DNA of 64,000 bases from Phallusia mammillata (lineage: Eukaryota). Below the pieces are notes generated by a model. The model was not told where the DNA came from and searched no databases. It saw only the letters and a list, made by a program, of their open reading frames with translations. The stretch is taken from assembly GCA_965637545.1 (NCBI GenBank), contig OZ281501.1, positions 1,860,001 through 1,924,000 of the forward strand, read 5' to 3'. Made by a program: the position numbers and the translations under genes. Shown piece by piece: positions 39,701-50,600 of this stretch; positions within the stretch are counted from its first letter, which is position 1, and the number at the start of each line of letters is the position of its first letter.

Positions 39701-42700
39701 ATAAAGGAGAAATTGGAGAGCTTGGAGCACCTGGACCAAGAGTATGTGAGATTTTGCCAGTTTGATTCTATTCTTCTGAAAATTAAATAAAAATTGAGCA
39801 ACCGTACATGGAATAAAGACCTTCGTTCTTTACTAATTTATTTTTAACCAATAGACATCTAGCTACTTTCAAATGTGGACATCGTCGAGTTATTGTTCAA
39901 ATATTATTATCTATGTCCTGCCACGTGATATTTAGTTTTGTTTTGTTTGGATGACAACAAACACATATTTTCTGAAGGGCTTGCCTGGACCTATTGGAGT
40001 TCTTGGTCGAGATGGTTCACTTGGACCAAGGGTGAGGTTTATTTCTACTTAACTTGTGACTCAATAACTAAAACGCTACAAAAAGTCAAGATTTTGCAAC
40101 AAGTTCGGTAGTTTTTAAACTCTTTAGGTCTTCAGCATTTATGACTAACCTATAGTAAAGGGGTAACTTACCGATCCGTGGGTGTGCATTTGTTTGAAAA
40201 AGATTTTACAACTAGAATTTCTATGTTCAATTGGAAAACAAGTTTAACTCTAAATAAATGACTGAATAATTGAATAAATTGGTGCAAAATGCTTACACAA
40301 CGGCCGCCAAATGGTTTTGTAGACTTTTACTGTTTAAACAAAGTGTGTTGTTTACCTGGGCATTGTGTCAACAGGGAAACACTGGAGATCCGGGACCTGC
40401 GGGTGAACCAGGCTCTCCTGGTCCGGATGGCTTCATAGGTTTGCCAGGACCGCCAGGAGAGCGAGGAATAGTCGGTAAAAAGGTGAGTAACATAAATTTG
40501 CTATGCTAAAGTAGCGGTAATAGTTCTTATAAGTTAGAGATCAAGGTAGTACCCTTCCAATTGTCCGGATTTTATAAAGTTCCTGGTTTAAAAGGAATAT
40601 GCATAAAGTCTGGACTTTGGTTAGATTTTAGGTAAAGCAGCTGATGGTTATTGTTTTCATAATTGTAGGTAAACAATGAATACTTTATTTCCAGGGACCA
40701 CAAGGCTTGAAAGGGTTAAAAGGTAACACTGGATACACAGGACCTGTTGGTGCGATGGGATTAAGAGGCGATAATGGAGACCAAGGCCAAAAAGGACCAC
40801 AGGTTAATTTAGACCTCAGTTTTTATTACACAGAGGATCGTTTTTACTACACATTTTACCAATTGATTTTATTCTCTTATTTAAAATGACTAAAGTAATT
40901 GTTGTGCTATTGAGCAACGCTCAATGCACTCAAGTCGAGGTCCTGTAGTCTCTATCAATACCAGGCAACTCTCATACATATTAGCTTTTCTTTCTGTTGC
41001 CAGTGTTCTTTTTTTTCTCGATTCGTAAGCTAACTTAACTTCATGTGTGCAATTTAGGGACTTCAAGGCAACCCTGGTTTTCAAGGATTTCGGGGTGAAA
41101 GAGGACCAGCAGTAAGTTCTGACCTTAGTGTTATTTAATGAAGGTTTATAACCAAATTTGCAATTTTTAGGGCCCAGATGGTGATATGGGGTTGCCCGGA
41201 GGTTTAGGACGAAAAGGTTTCAGGGGCCAAGACGTAAGTTGATGTATAAAATCTCGAAAGTGGCAAACTCGTTCATAATTTTTTTGGGACGCCGTGAACC
41301 TTGCTCTTACTGTGACATCCCTTGTGTGACGTCATAATGGCAGGGAGTCAAGGGAGGGCAAAGTTCACGGCATCTACCGACACCAAGTGGCTTATTGTTG
41401 CATACTTTAATGTCAAAATACCTAGTAAGGTAAAAAATTGTTTACACAACCTGCCTGTGAAAATATTTACATCAGGTTAATTTTATTGTTTTTCAGGGCC
41501 GTCCTGGGGTGGATGGACCCCCTGGAGCTACCGGAGCGAAGGGTGTGTTGGGGCCAAGGGGTTATATGGGTGAGATAGGATTTGAAGGAACCAAAGGAGT
41601 CAGGGTGGGTAAAATTACTAAATCAGAGTTTGTTATAAAGTCACTATGAAATATAAAATTGTGACTTTCTTAGGGTGACCAAGGCCCACCGGGACCACCA
41701 GGACCACCGGTAAGTTTTGTTTGTTCTTCTGCAAATCTTTATAGCAATTTATGTTAAACGACCAAAACGATTTTCTTGATTAACACATAACATGACAAGA
41801 ACAATATGATAAAAACACATTGCATTTTTTTTCTATTACACAAAATGTTTTTATTACACACAAAAAATTAAAATTTCCAAATAAAACTGATATTGGAAAA
41901 CAACAACAATTTGTTTGTATAAACTCTTTATTGCACTAACAATTGTTAATGGTAAAGGTATATGCGAGTTATCTCAATTATTACATAAACTATATAATGT
42001 TTAAGGGTGAAACAATTGCTGCAAACCACTTTCGTGTCCCTGTTCCTCAACCAGCTCAATCTTCACATAAATCTGCCACTGTGGACAGAGAAAGGCCACA
42101 AAATGACGTAGCACAAGTCGATCGTAATCCTGGACCATCAATGGTACGTTGATTTCGTCAGATCCAAGAAGTAAATGTAGTCGTTGTTATACTAACAGTT
42201 TACGCTTTAGGACTACTTGATTTGAGTCGCGTTTATTTTGCTTGTTGAGAGAAATAGTAGCAGAACAATTAAGCTCAAATATTCACAAAGCTGTTAATTA
42301 TTGCAGGGCGTTTGTACAATGCTTAAGGTCACAAATGATGCATCGCTGTTAGTCAAGGAGTAAAAATATAGTTCTCATCATTTAGCGGTTTATTACTGCT
42401 AATTTTTTTTTACCGTTCTAAAGCATGTTCAAGTCTTGTACAGTTTTGTAAAGCTTTGAGATTCTTTGAGAAGTATTCACCTTTATAGAAGTCTATTCTC
42501 GATGAAGAATTTCGTGAAATTCGCAGTGATATGTTCAAGTTCAAAGTAAAAGATGGAAGCCGTGCTCGTCCTGCTGTGACCTGCAGTGACCTCTGGTTGA
42601 CCAATCAACAAACTGATACCCTGACACGTGACGGTAAGCACAGTGTCTTACCGATTTTTAGAATTCCCAATCGAAAACATCCACATGGCCATACATGGCC

Positions 42701-43733
42701 CAAGTTAAGTATAGTTAGGGTACTGAAGTAACTGCTTATATGGACAACGCAGCAACAGTCAACTAGCCAGCTTCGATTTGCGACTTTGGGAAAAGTTTGG
42801 AATTAAAGACCTTATTAATCATGCCAGAAATAAAACTAAATTAGCACCTAATCTTCAAAGTTTATTTTTAATTGTTATTATCACAGCGTTTGTTCATTCG
42901 TCAAAAAGTTCGTTCGAATCCAGCTTAAATTAAGAAAACCAATACTCTACAAATTCATGGATCAAATATGTTTAAATTACAGATAAATACTGGATAGATC
43001 CCAATCAAGGTGCAAAAAACGACGCCGTCAAAGTCCAATGTAAAATCAACAAAGGTCAAGTTATGACGTGTTTTCCATCGTCAGTCATGCGTATCAGGGA
43101 TCGTCGCTCGGTTCCGGTTGGACGCGGACGTCCCGGGGTGGGAACCATAGACTCCCAGATCAAATTTCTGCATTTGCAGAGCAGCGAAGCGGAACAGCAG
43201 GTCACGCTCGGTTGCTCCAACTACTCGAGCGTGATGCGTGACGTAGTTTCAAATAGTAACCGGTCGGTTGAGATTTTAAGTTATACTGGAAAAAATGTTG
43301 AAATCAGAAGTGAAAAACGAAACCTGCCAAAGACGGCTGTACTCGTCACCGCCCACGTCAGACCTTGTGACGTAAGTGTAATTTAAATATGACGTCATGG
43401 TCAAAAATATGTGAAGGAAAATAAAATAATTAATCTGATTGTTTGAAATAAATGTTAATACTGAAGGCTCCGAACAAATTTCTTAGTTGAGTAAAACATA
43501 CGCAGGTACGCTATCTTGAAGCATATAAACATGAAAGAGTTTGAGTGGATTCTAGACAATACCGTTGCATGTTTGAAGCTTTTGTTAATTGAATTTTCCA
43601 GGCCATACACTCGAAGTTGATTCTGCGCATAAAGACACGAGATCCAAAGAATTTACCAATCACAAAAATCAATTGGCCACGTCATCTCCCACAAACCATT
43701 GAAACAGATTACGGAGACGTTTGCTTCCGATGA
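24734..43733 (+). CDS. COL24A1/COL27A1-like: Fibrillar procollagen alpha chain, clade C type (COL24A1/COL27A1-like), ~60 coding exons, ~1,840 aa
   Basis: Phase-consistent manual exon chain. N-terminus: 24734-24747 (MKWGR), 25973-26040 ([15 protein letters not shown] signal peptide, GC donor). TSPN/LamG: 27870-27982, 28538-28729, 29012-29290, 29460-29573 ([11 protein letters not shown]...FEGILCEL...FC). Ser/Thr-rich exon 29900-30759, then 30986-31127, 31230-31283, 31541-31654. Then 46 Gly-X-Y exons from 31787 to 41709 (30 x 54 bp, 7 x 45, 4 x 108, one each of 162, 90, 63, 51, 36). C-terminus: 42006-42143, 42489-42633, 42983-43371, 43602-43733 (COLFI: [43 protein letters not shown]). Total 5,523 nt with no internal stop. 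Clade C call rests on the TSPN N-terminus, shortened interrupted helix and remembered FLHLxSSE/DPxxLP motifs; no alignment was run. An in-frame ATG at 25950 is an alternative start. Confidence 0.93.
27870..29573 (+). other. Collagen N-terminal TSPN/laminin-G domain exons (4 exons)
   Basis: Translation [11 protein letters not shown]...[17 protein letters not shown]...[21 protein letters not shown]...AQDFC...C. The FEG-x-x-x-L and C-terminal Cys pair match TSPN domains of collagens V/XI/XXIV/XXVII. All junctions are phase-compatible. Confidence 0.8.
31101..41709 (+). other. Collagen Gly-X-Y region (~990 aa including a short minor helix and two interruptions)
   Basis: All exons are phase 0 and start with a Gly codon. 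Minor helix of 17 triplets, interruption AITMI (31613-31627), then a main helix of ~932 aa with one GPQ-MK-G imperfection, ending GPPGPPGPP in a 36-bp exon. Confidence 0.92.
41288..41375. repeat. ~90-bp imperfect palindrome (probable small MITE) in a collagen intron
   Basis: GACGCC-GTGAACCTTGCTC pairs with the reverse complement GATGCCCGTGAACTTTGCCC; inner TGACATCCCT / AGGGAGTCA; central TGTGACGTCATAAT. No clear TSD. Confidence 0.55.
42489..43733 (+). other. Fibrillar collagen C-propeptide (COLFI) exons
   Basis: [53 protein letters not shown] and terminal GDVCFR* are canonical COLFI motifs. Confidence 0.93.
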
Positions 43734-44983
43734 AAGAAATGTAAGAACAAATTTACATTAATTTAAATCTGCAAGATTTTAAAGCACCTTCACGGGCTGG
43801 ATGTGATTTATGTCAAAACCGGTTTTGTGGGTTTATGTTTGAATCTGATTAACAGCACATCCAATTTTTATGCAACTTTTGCAAACTTTTGATTTTTTTA
43901 TGCAACAAATTGCAATATTAGCTTACATAACTATAGATACACTTTGACACACGGTATGCAGTAAAACGGTATATGCTGTTAACCGGATCGTCGGTGTTGT
44001 GTATTTGGGGGGTGATTTGTAACATCAAACGATTAATTTACTGCCTTTAACTGTTCAACCATGCGTATTTGAAAATGCGTGACTTATTCGAGCTAAACAT
44101 TTTTGTACAACCTAGGCCTGGAAATGAAATCCGAAATGTTTACTTCTTTTTGCAGACAGCTTGTAACGCTGAAATATACTTTCTGGGCAATCTCCCGTGA
44201 TCGACGGAAGGTGGAATGCGAACAGCGCCGAGTGTGGTGGGAAGCGATACGCTTTTGCAACCGGAAGATGGCGCTATCGAGCACTTATTATTTTAGGCGC
44301 TTTGCGTCGTTTTTCGTTTCTCTCTCGATTGCACAACTCTAGGCGAATGCTTGCTTTGATAATCAAAAACACAGACAGCATCTTTTCTTGTGGCTCTACC
44401 TCAGCGTCCGTTGTTTGGGATATTTTATTGCCGTACTGTAGCTTAAATGAAGCGAGGCAAAGACGCAAAAACGTATTTAGTTTAGTGCTGTATTGCAAAC
44501 TGCTCATATGGGTAAAATGTCCAATTTATTATAATTTAAGCCAACTTCGTGCTTGCTTTTTATTTAGTTTAATAAGTTTCATTATTATTACTAGTTAGTA
44601 CTTTTTATGACTAACATCTGGAAGACAACCGCCGTCCAACACAATTAGTTGGACATATGCTCGATTTCCCAAGCAATGCATCCAGTGCACCGCTGTTTAA
44701 AAAACGGTACTTGCTTTTCTTGGGCTTCTTTTGTATAAGCCAACCAATTCATCCTTTAAATTTATGTGCATTATTTCTGTGCCTTTCCAGATTTCTGCCT
44801 ATTTTTACACTTGTTTAATATCATTTGTGTTTATTGCTTGTATTTTTCGTCTCTCGCCGTTCAGCATCAAATCATGTTTCACTTTTATTGCATTTTTATC
44901 GAATTTGTAACGTTTTAAATCGAGATTTCTTTTTTTGTGATTTGGCGCTTTCTATTCACGTTTTGATTTCGTTGTTTCATCTC

Positions 44984-44989
44984 AATAAA
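44984..44989 (+). terminator. Candidate polyadenylation signal of the collagen gene
   Basis: AATAAA after a T-rich stretch, ~1.25 kb past the stop codon and before the paralog A promoter. Other AATAAA hexamers exist nearer the stop. Confidence 0.3.
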
Positions 44990-45299
44990 ATATGCGCCTT
45001 TTAGGGCTATGGGTCTTCACAAGGATAAAAATAACATTGTTTGCTTTTACTAACCAATATTTGACTGGAAATTTAGGTTTTTTTATTGAGTCGAAAGCTA
45101 TAGTCGCTAATTAAGCTAGCTACTTAAACTAAATTCATAGGCCTTTTGAACTTACCTGTTTCAAACATGCAATATGTCGTCATGACCAAACCAATCAAAA
45201 ATCTTAAACCCTTCAGAAATATACAATTCAATTTAGATCAGTGTTAGTCATGATTTTGCAAAGAGCAGCTTTTATTTCTCAACCATACTTTCTGCCCAA

Positions 45300-45410
45300 A
45301 GTCCCTGTGGTCTGTGGTGCAACCGGCATTTGGCCAAACCAACCCAGCATATCAACTTACCGGTTTGCTGCACCCGCCTACGCAATAAACCGCCAGCGGC
45401 AACTATAAAT
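45300..45410 (+). promoter_or_regulatory. Probable core promoter of paralog A (TATA box plus two Runx-type TGTGGT sites)
   Basis: TATAAAT at 45404-45410, ~120 bp upstream of the ATG; TGTGGT at 45306-45311 and 45313-45318. Motif match only. Confidence 0.45.
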
Positions 45411-45529
45411 CATATTCGAAAATATTTTTGACAAAATATAATGATAACAATTTTGATGCCGCTGGGCGAAACATAGATAACAAATGCTGCAGATTATTTT
45501 CATTTAGATCGCGACCAGCAGAGACAAGG

Positions 45530-48500
45530 ATGAGGTTTATCACTTTGTTTGGTGTTGTTCTGTCGATTTTTAGCCTCTTTGGTCTTTCACAAGGTAAATT
45601 GTTTTTTTTTTGTATTATTTTCTGCTGTAAGTGACATATAAACAACTAAATGATTTTCTTGTGTCGATTGTTAAGCCTTAAATTCGGTTTAAAAATTTCC
45701 ATTTTGCTTCAAACGTGGTATACCTAAAGTTTCTTGTAAAAGCCTCAAAATTTCTGTTTGTAAAATCATACAAGACGTTTTTATCAATGTCGAATACACT
45801 AACCAAGCAACAATCTTGGACCCGTTGTGGTTCAAGCCACTGCATTTTTTGTTTAAAGTTTAAATTATGTTTCTTACCTTTTTGTGTGCGCAGGTTTGGA
45901 ATGTTGGAAGTGTTCCGCGGCAACAAGCGACGAGGATTGTAAGTTGAAAGGCTCCTTTCAGACCTGCGGCTCTCCAGAGGTGAGCTTATGTGTTAATTGC
46001 CACTGATGTAGTATTTTATCTATTCAAAGTCGACCAGTTTGGCTGTCAATTAGTGCTTATCCAAATGGAGTTATACTTGGTGAAACAACACATACCGACA
46101 CAATCGCACTAAAACAATCACCATTGGCAAAAATGAAAATTATAAAACGCGTATTTTGCATGAGACAATTAAATAATTTACTGCGTGCATACTGAGTGGT
46201 AAAAAGGTTTTCTTTCAACTCATGTCCGATGTTGTTCGCCAAACGTAATCGATTTAGAATCACCGCGTGGGTGGATTGATTGGTTGCAACTTGACTTTAT
46301 GAGACTGCACCTTTGGCACAGTGGAGGGAAACTATGCCTCAGGTACAGATTGCAATCAACGCCCACATGCCGTTAACTTTGCTTTGAAATGATTTCACAA
46401 TGAAACGGGTTGTATGAGTCTGTAAGCTACTGACCAAAGCTGCTTGTTTTGTCCTATTTGTTGACAAACTTGTTGCGTGTTTTGGAGGGTTAAAACCAGT
46501 TTGATTTGTATTGCTTTGTAATCTTATACCCCTTTCTGAAAAGTTTAAAACAGAGTATTTAAATTTAGACTTTAGGGTACTATTATAGGGCTCGTTATTA
46601 TTAAACCAGTTTTCTTTGTACTGCTTCTTACCCTTTTATGTCATCAGAAAAGTTTACAACTTTTTGCTATCAAATGAATTAGTACGTATGTCTAGGACGT
46701 GTGTGCAACAGTTGTTCGTCGTTTCGTTGGAGTCTCACTGGTGTGGAAGCAATGTAAGCAAAAACAAGCTTGCTGGAACGACCGAGAACAAGTACGTGCA
46801 ATAAGACCTGAAGTAAAGCTACACACTGCGGGTCTATTGGCTCATCCTGTTTTCTTCTCGTCATGTACTTGTAGAAGAAGACATCTGTACTGAGATGTGA
46901 TTGACTTTTTTAGCTCAAAATCAAGAAGAATTAAATGCAAACTAGATTGGAAATAATTGGATTTTTTAAAATACTGCCGTGTATTTTCTTTCCATGTTGA
47001 TTCATTTGAATTTAAGATTTAAGTTTTTGAAAAAATACTTACAACAACATATTTTAAACATTGTACATTGTTTTCTTTAGAACTGGGATAAATATGGTTT
47101 GAAGCATCAATGCAATGACAACTTGCCGTCATCCGTTTGTTGTTGCTGCTGCGAAGAAGATTCTTGCAACACTGAACAATCTTGCACAGGTACGACCAAT
47201 AAACTAATTAAACTACACGATATCAAGTCTAATTACTTTCTATCACATGTAATAGTTATACGAAGCGACAAACTAAACCAAGTTATTCTCACGGGTTAAC
47301 AGAGAGTTTGTTTACTACCCATATAAATTTTGCATTAAGCATTACATTTTCACTGTCAAATATCCTAAACGAGTATATGTTCAGCGTTCAACAGAACTGC
47401 ACCAATGGGTTAATTGTTATACCTACTGCAAATGAATATGCTAACCTTTATTTGACGATCCTCTTGTCCATGTGTTTTTCATACAGCCAGTGTGATTTTG
47501 TTTTACAGGCATGAGTACAGCTAACACATGCAGCTTGCCACCGACCAATGTTCACAACGGCAGAGTTTCTTGCACGAATGGCAACAACGTCGGCTCGCAT
47601 TGTCAGTACAGCTGCATCAAGTCTGGATATTATCTTCACCCAAGCGACTCTACAACTTTGCAATGCATGGGCAATGGTCAATGGTCGAGGAAGGCGCCTT
47701 GTTGTTCACGTAAGACAAATCACTACCCAAACTCGCTTGCTTTATAGTATTGTATGTAAAATATAAACTGTTTGCATTTCATCACCGTGATTTTGCTTCA
47801 CAGTGCCATGTCCCCCATATGCTCCGTTTGATGTTGTTTGGTTAGTCAACAAAAAGCACAAAGAAAGAGTAGACGCTGGCTGGGGTTCATTTGGAAGGGC
47901 TATGTACAGGTAGAACAGCATTTTAACAGCATATATGCTGTTGCTGCAGTTTGGTTTTACATGAAAAAGGAAATGTGTCGTGCTATTATTGTGGCAGTAG
48001 TTTTAGTCCTTTGTGTATGAACTGTCTACAGAAAGAACAGAAGTACCAGTTTATTGTAGTCATTATCACACCGATACGACTCTGCAGAACTCCCTAAAGT
48101 CTGGCCGGAAATTTTGCCCCAATCCCGGCCTGAAACCAAACCTGAACTTTTTAAACGTTACAAAAGTCGGGCCCAAATCAAGCCTAAACCTTGCGCCTGA
48201 ACCCAGCACAAATAACACGGGCCGACTTGCAGTTTTGAAGTCCCTATAGTTAACACCTTGCACTGTTTTAGATTTTGGCAAATGGGCAAAGAAAACTACA
48301 GGGATGGCCGGGTCTTTTATTCCGGAGAAGTTATTCCTGAACTTGGATGGCATTTGAATAACTCATTCGGAATTCTTAACTGGGTAATGGAAACCACTCA
48401 AAAACAAGATCAAGTAACAGGTGTGATTGACTTCGTACAAAAATACAAACACTTCCTCATGTAATTCCTCATGTAATGTAATTATTCTCGTCTTTAGTGT

Positions 48501-49996
48501 TTATTAGCATAGAGCAGAAAACTATTACACTATAAAAAAGAAAAAGATTATTTAGGGTTCAACGCTAAATTGTTGTGCTATTAATCCGGGACCGACTAGT
48601 TTCATGAGTGTGGTCTGCCAACATGGGCGCCGCCACGTAGGGGCAAGAGGGGGCACTTGCCCCCCCCCCCCCCCCCCCCCCTTGGAATTTCAGTGTACCT
48701 CAATTTAATATATTTAGCAGCAAACCTAATTAAAGTGGCAGCGCGGGGATTTGTGACAGCGTTCAATGCTTTAACTTTTAGGCAACTCAATTGTGAAGTA
48801 CACGATTTATGGCTTCATATGTAACAAATTCTTGATGCGGTAAAGTATCAGCCAAAATGTGCCCCCTCTTGCAAAATTTTCTGCCGGCGCCCATGTCTGC
48901 CAATGAAATCTAAACATACATTTTACAAGCAAAGCAAACCATAAGCTCCTGTAACTAAACATGTCCTGATTAAGTTAAATATTACTAAAGATAAGATAAG
49001 TTTAATGTAAAAGCATAGAGCCAATAAATGATAATCTGCAGACAGTGCACACTGTTTCGACCTCTCTCGTCACCAGCTGCACTGATGAGACCTTACAGGT
49101 CCAGGCAGTGTCCACTGTCTGCAGCTTATAAGATAAGTTACCGATGAAATTAGGAATTCTGCTTTCAGCTTGCATAACTTCTTTTACTTGCAGCTACTTC
49201 CTATACTCCATTTAATTCTGTGTTTTCAATGTACCAAAATTTTTACATACTCTCCGTGCGACTACTCAAAAAATTTGTGATTTTGGCTTTAGACGGTTTG
49301 GTGAACACTGGAAAAGCACTTCGTTACGCGAGAGAAAAAGTTTTTTCCGCGGACACACGAGAAGCAAAGCACAGTGACGTCATGGTTTTAATAACCGACA
49401 GGAACTCGGACGATGACGTCAAAGAAGCCGCCCAGGCTCTACGTGATGACGGGATCCTGGTAAGCAAAACATGAAAATTTTACATACAAAACTGCTTGTA
49501 TTTAAACCTAAAAGCCAACTCTATCGTAATAAGATTAAAAAAAGTAGGAGTTTTGGGTACTCCTTTGGTTTTTTATCGTTAAGGTTTTGGTTGTTTTTTT
49601 ACAGAACAACCACCTAATTTTAAATGCAACTGTCCTACTAACTACCCGTTCTTTATTTAGCGTACTTCTTTTAATGTAAGTAAGACACAAATCATGTTGT
49701 TTATGCAATATATATTAGACGAATGACGTATAACTTCAAACTGTACAGGTTTATATACACCATGTATTTTCTTCATGTATGTGTAGACATATATAATATA
49801 AATTTTTATTCCATTTGATTTTCAGACATACATCATATACTTGAAAGTTAAAACCGCCGACGAACCCGACATGCAACAAATGCTCGGCGTCGCCGGGGAA
49901 CCAGGTCACGTGTTTGTGGTAGAGGGCGACATCGAGCGGGTGTCAGAGCAGATTACCAAGGAACTGATCGGCCACGTGTGTGATAACATTTGTTAA
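45530..49996 (+). CDS. Secreted protein: signal peptide + Ly6/uPAR (three-finger)-like Cys-rich domain + sushi/CCP + VWA domain, 9 exons, ~382 aa (paralog A)
   Basis: Exons 45530-45593, 45894-45979, 46696-46791, 47081-47189, 47509-47709, 47804-47909, 48272-48420, 49293-49459, 49826-49996; total 1,149 nt, open. Motifs: LECWKC...CKQKQAC...CCCCCEEDSCN (LU-like), GRVSC...GSHCQYSC...GNGQWS...PC (CCP), NTGKALRYA...VLITD...DDVKEAAQALRDDGI (VWA). The exon 5 acceptor could instead be 47521. Confidence 0.88.
48085..48237. mobile_element. Degenerate MITE-like segment in intron 6 of paralog A
   Basis: Ends CAGAACT..AAGTC.GGCC versus reverse complement CAAAACTGCAAGTCGGCCC; repeated internal GCCTGAA / GCCCAAA / GCCTAAA motifs; no TSD seen. 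Confidence 0.35.
48622..48895. mobile_element. hAT-type MITE, 274 bp, in intron 7 of paralog A
   Basis: Perfect 8-bp TSD TCTGCCAA (48614-48621, 48896-48903). TIR CATGGGCGCCG(C/G)CA, 13/14. Perfect subterminal inverted repeat GCAAGAGGGGGCAC (48643-48656 / 48859-48872). Internal run of ~22 C (48660-48681). Confidence 0.88.
49003..49127. ncRNA. Palindromic element with two back-to-back degenerate type I hammerhead-ribozyme-like motifs (Penelope/retrozyme-like), 12-bp flanking direct repeats
   Basis: Plus strand: stem I AGCTGCA (49075-49081) / TGCAGCT (49120-49126), core CTGATGA (49082-49088), stem II GACC-TTACA-GGTC, CAGG where GAAA is expected (49102-49105), stem III (C)AGTG-TC-CACT(G), GTC site 49117-49119. 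The minus-strand arm keeps GGTCGAAACAGTG but has a damaged CTGATGA. Outer arms are 27/32 complementary. ATAAGATAAGTT at 48991-49002 and 49128-49139. Confidence 0.7.
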
Positions 49997-50269
49997 TTAA
50001 TCAAATGCAACGTTGTAAAGATTGGTGATTTGCATAAGTACGCGATATATCTAACCCCTTGTTTGTCTCCGATACTGACGACATTGAGCGTTTTGTACAT
50101 GCAGCGCAAAATACATGATACCAAACACATAATTAAAAAATAGTGAAATAATCCAAAACCAAGGAGTTTGTTGCTGAAGATAACTTTGCTTATATCAACT
50201 AACTTAAATTTACCTGGAGAGGAAAGACAGACCGGTTTAATTCGTACATTACCTGCCAAGTATATCGAC

Positions 50270-50275
50270 TTTATT
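50270..50275 (-). terminator. Candidate polyadenylation signal of paralog B
   Basis: AATAAA on the minus strand ~325 bp downstream of its stop codon. Confidence 0.3.
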
Positions 50276-50600
50276 ACAACGCATCAGAACATGGACTGGG
50301 TTGGAGATTATCCCAACATTCAAACATTTACAAACTTTGATACAAGATACTCCATTAAATTTGCAACACAGTCAGAAAATTGTGTCGCTATGCGTTTTTG
50401 CTCCAAACGATTTAACTCAACTGAACTCTCAAACGTATGGCTTTCCATATTTCTTGTGGTAGTTGGAACAATTAACGACCGCATACTAAACACAACTCTT
50501 AAACGTATGGTTATTGTCCTACGAAACGTCGAAACGTGGATTATTTTGATGAGCAGCAATTGCTAATATCGTATGGCTTTTGCTTGTCTATACGAAACAA

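Noticed and set aside
44197-44598. 133-aa ORF downstream of the collagen stop
   Set aside because: GTG start, no recognisable motif, no splice support; probably 3' UTR.
50168-50566. 132-aa ORF between the convergent paralogs
   Set aside because: TTG start, no motif, lies in the 3' UTR zone of the two genes.
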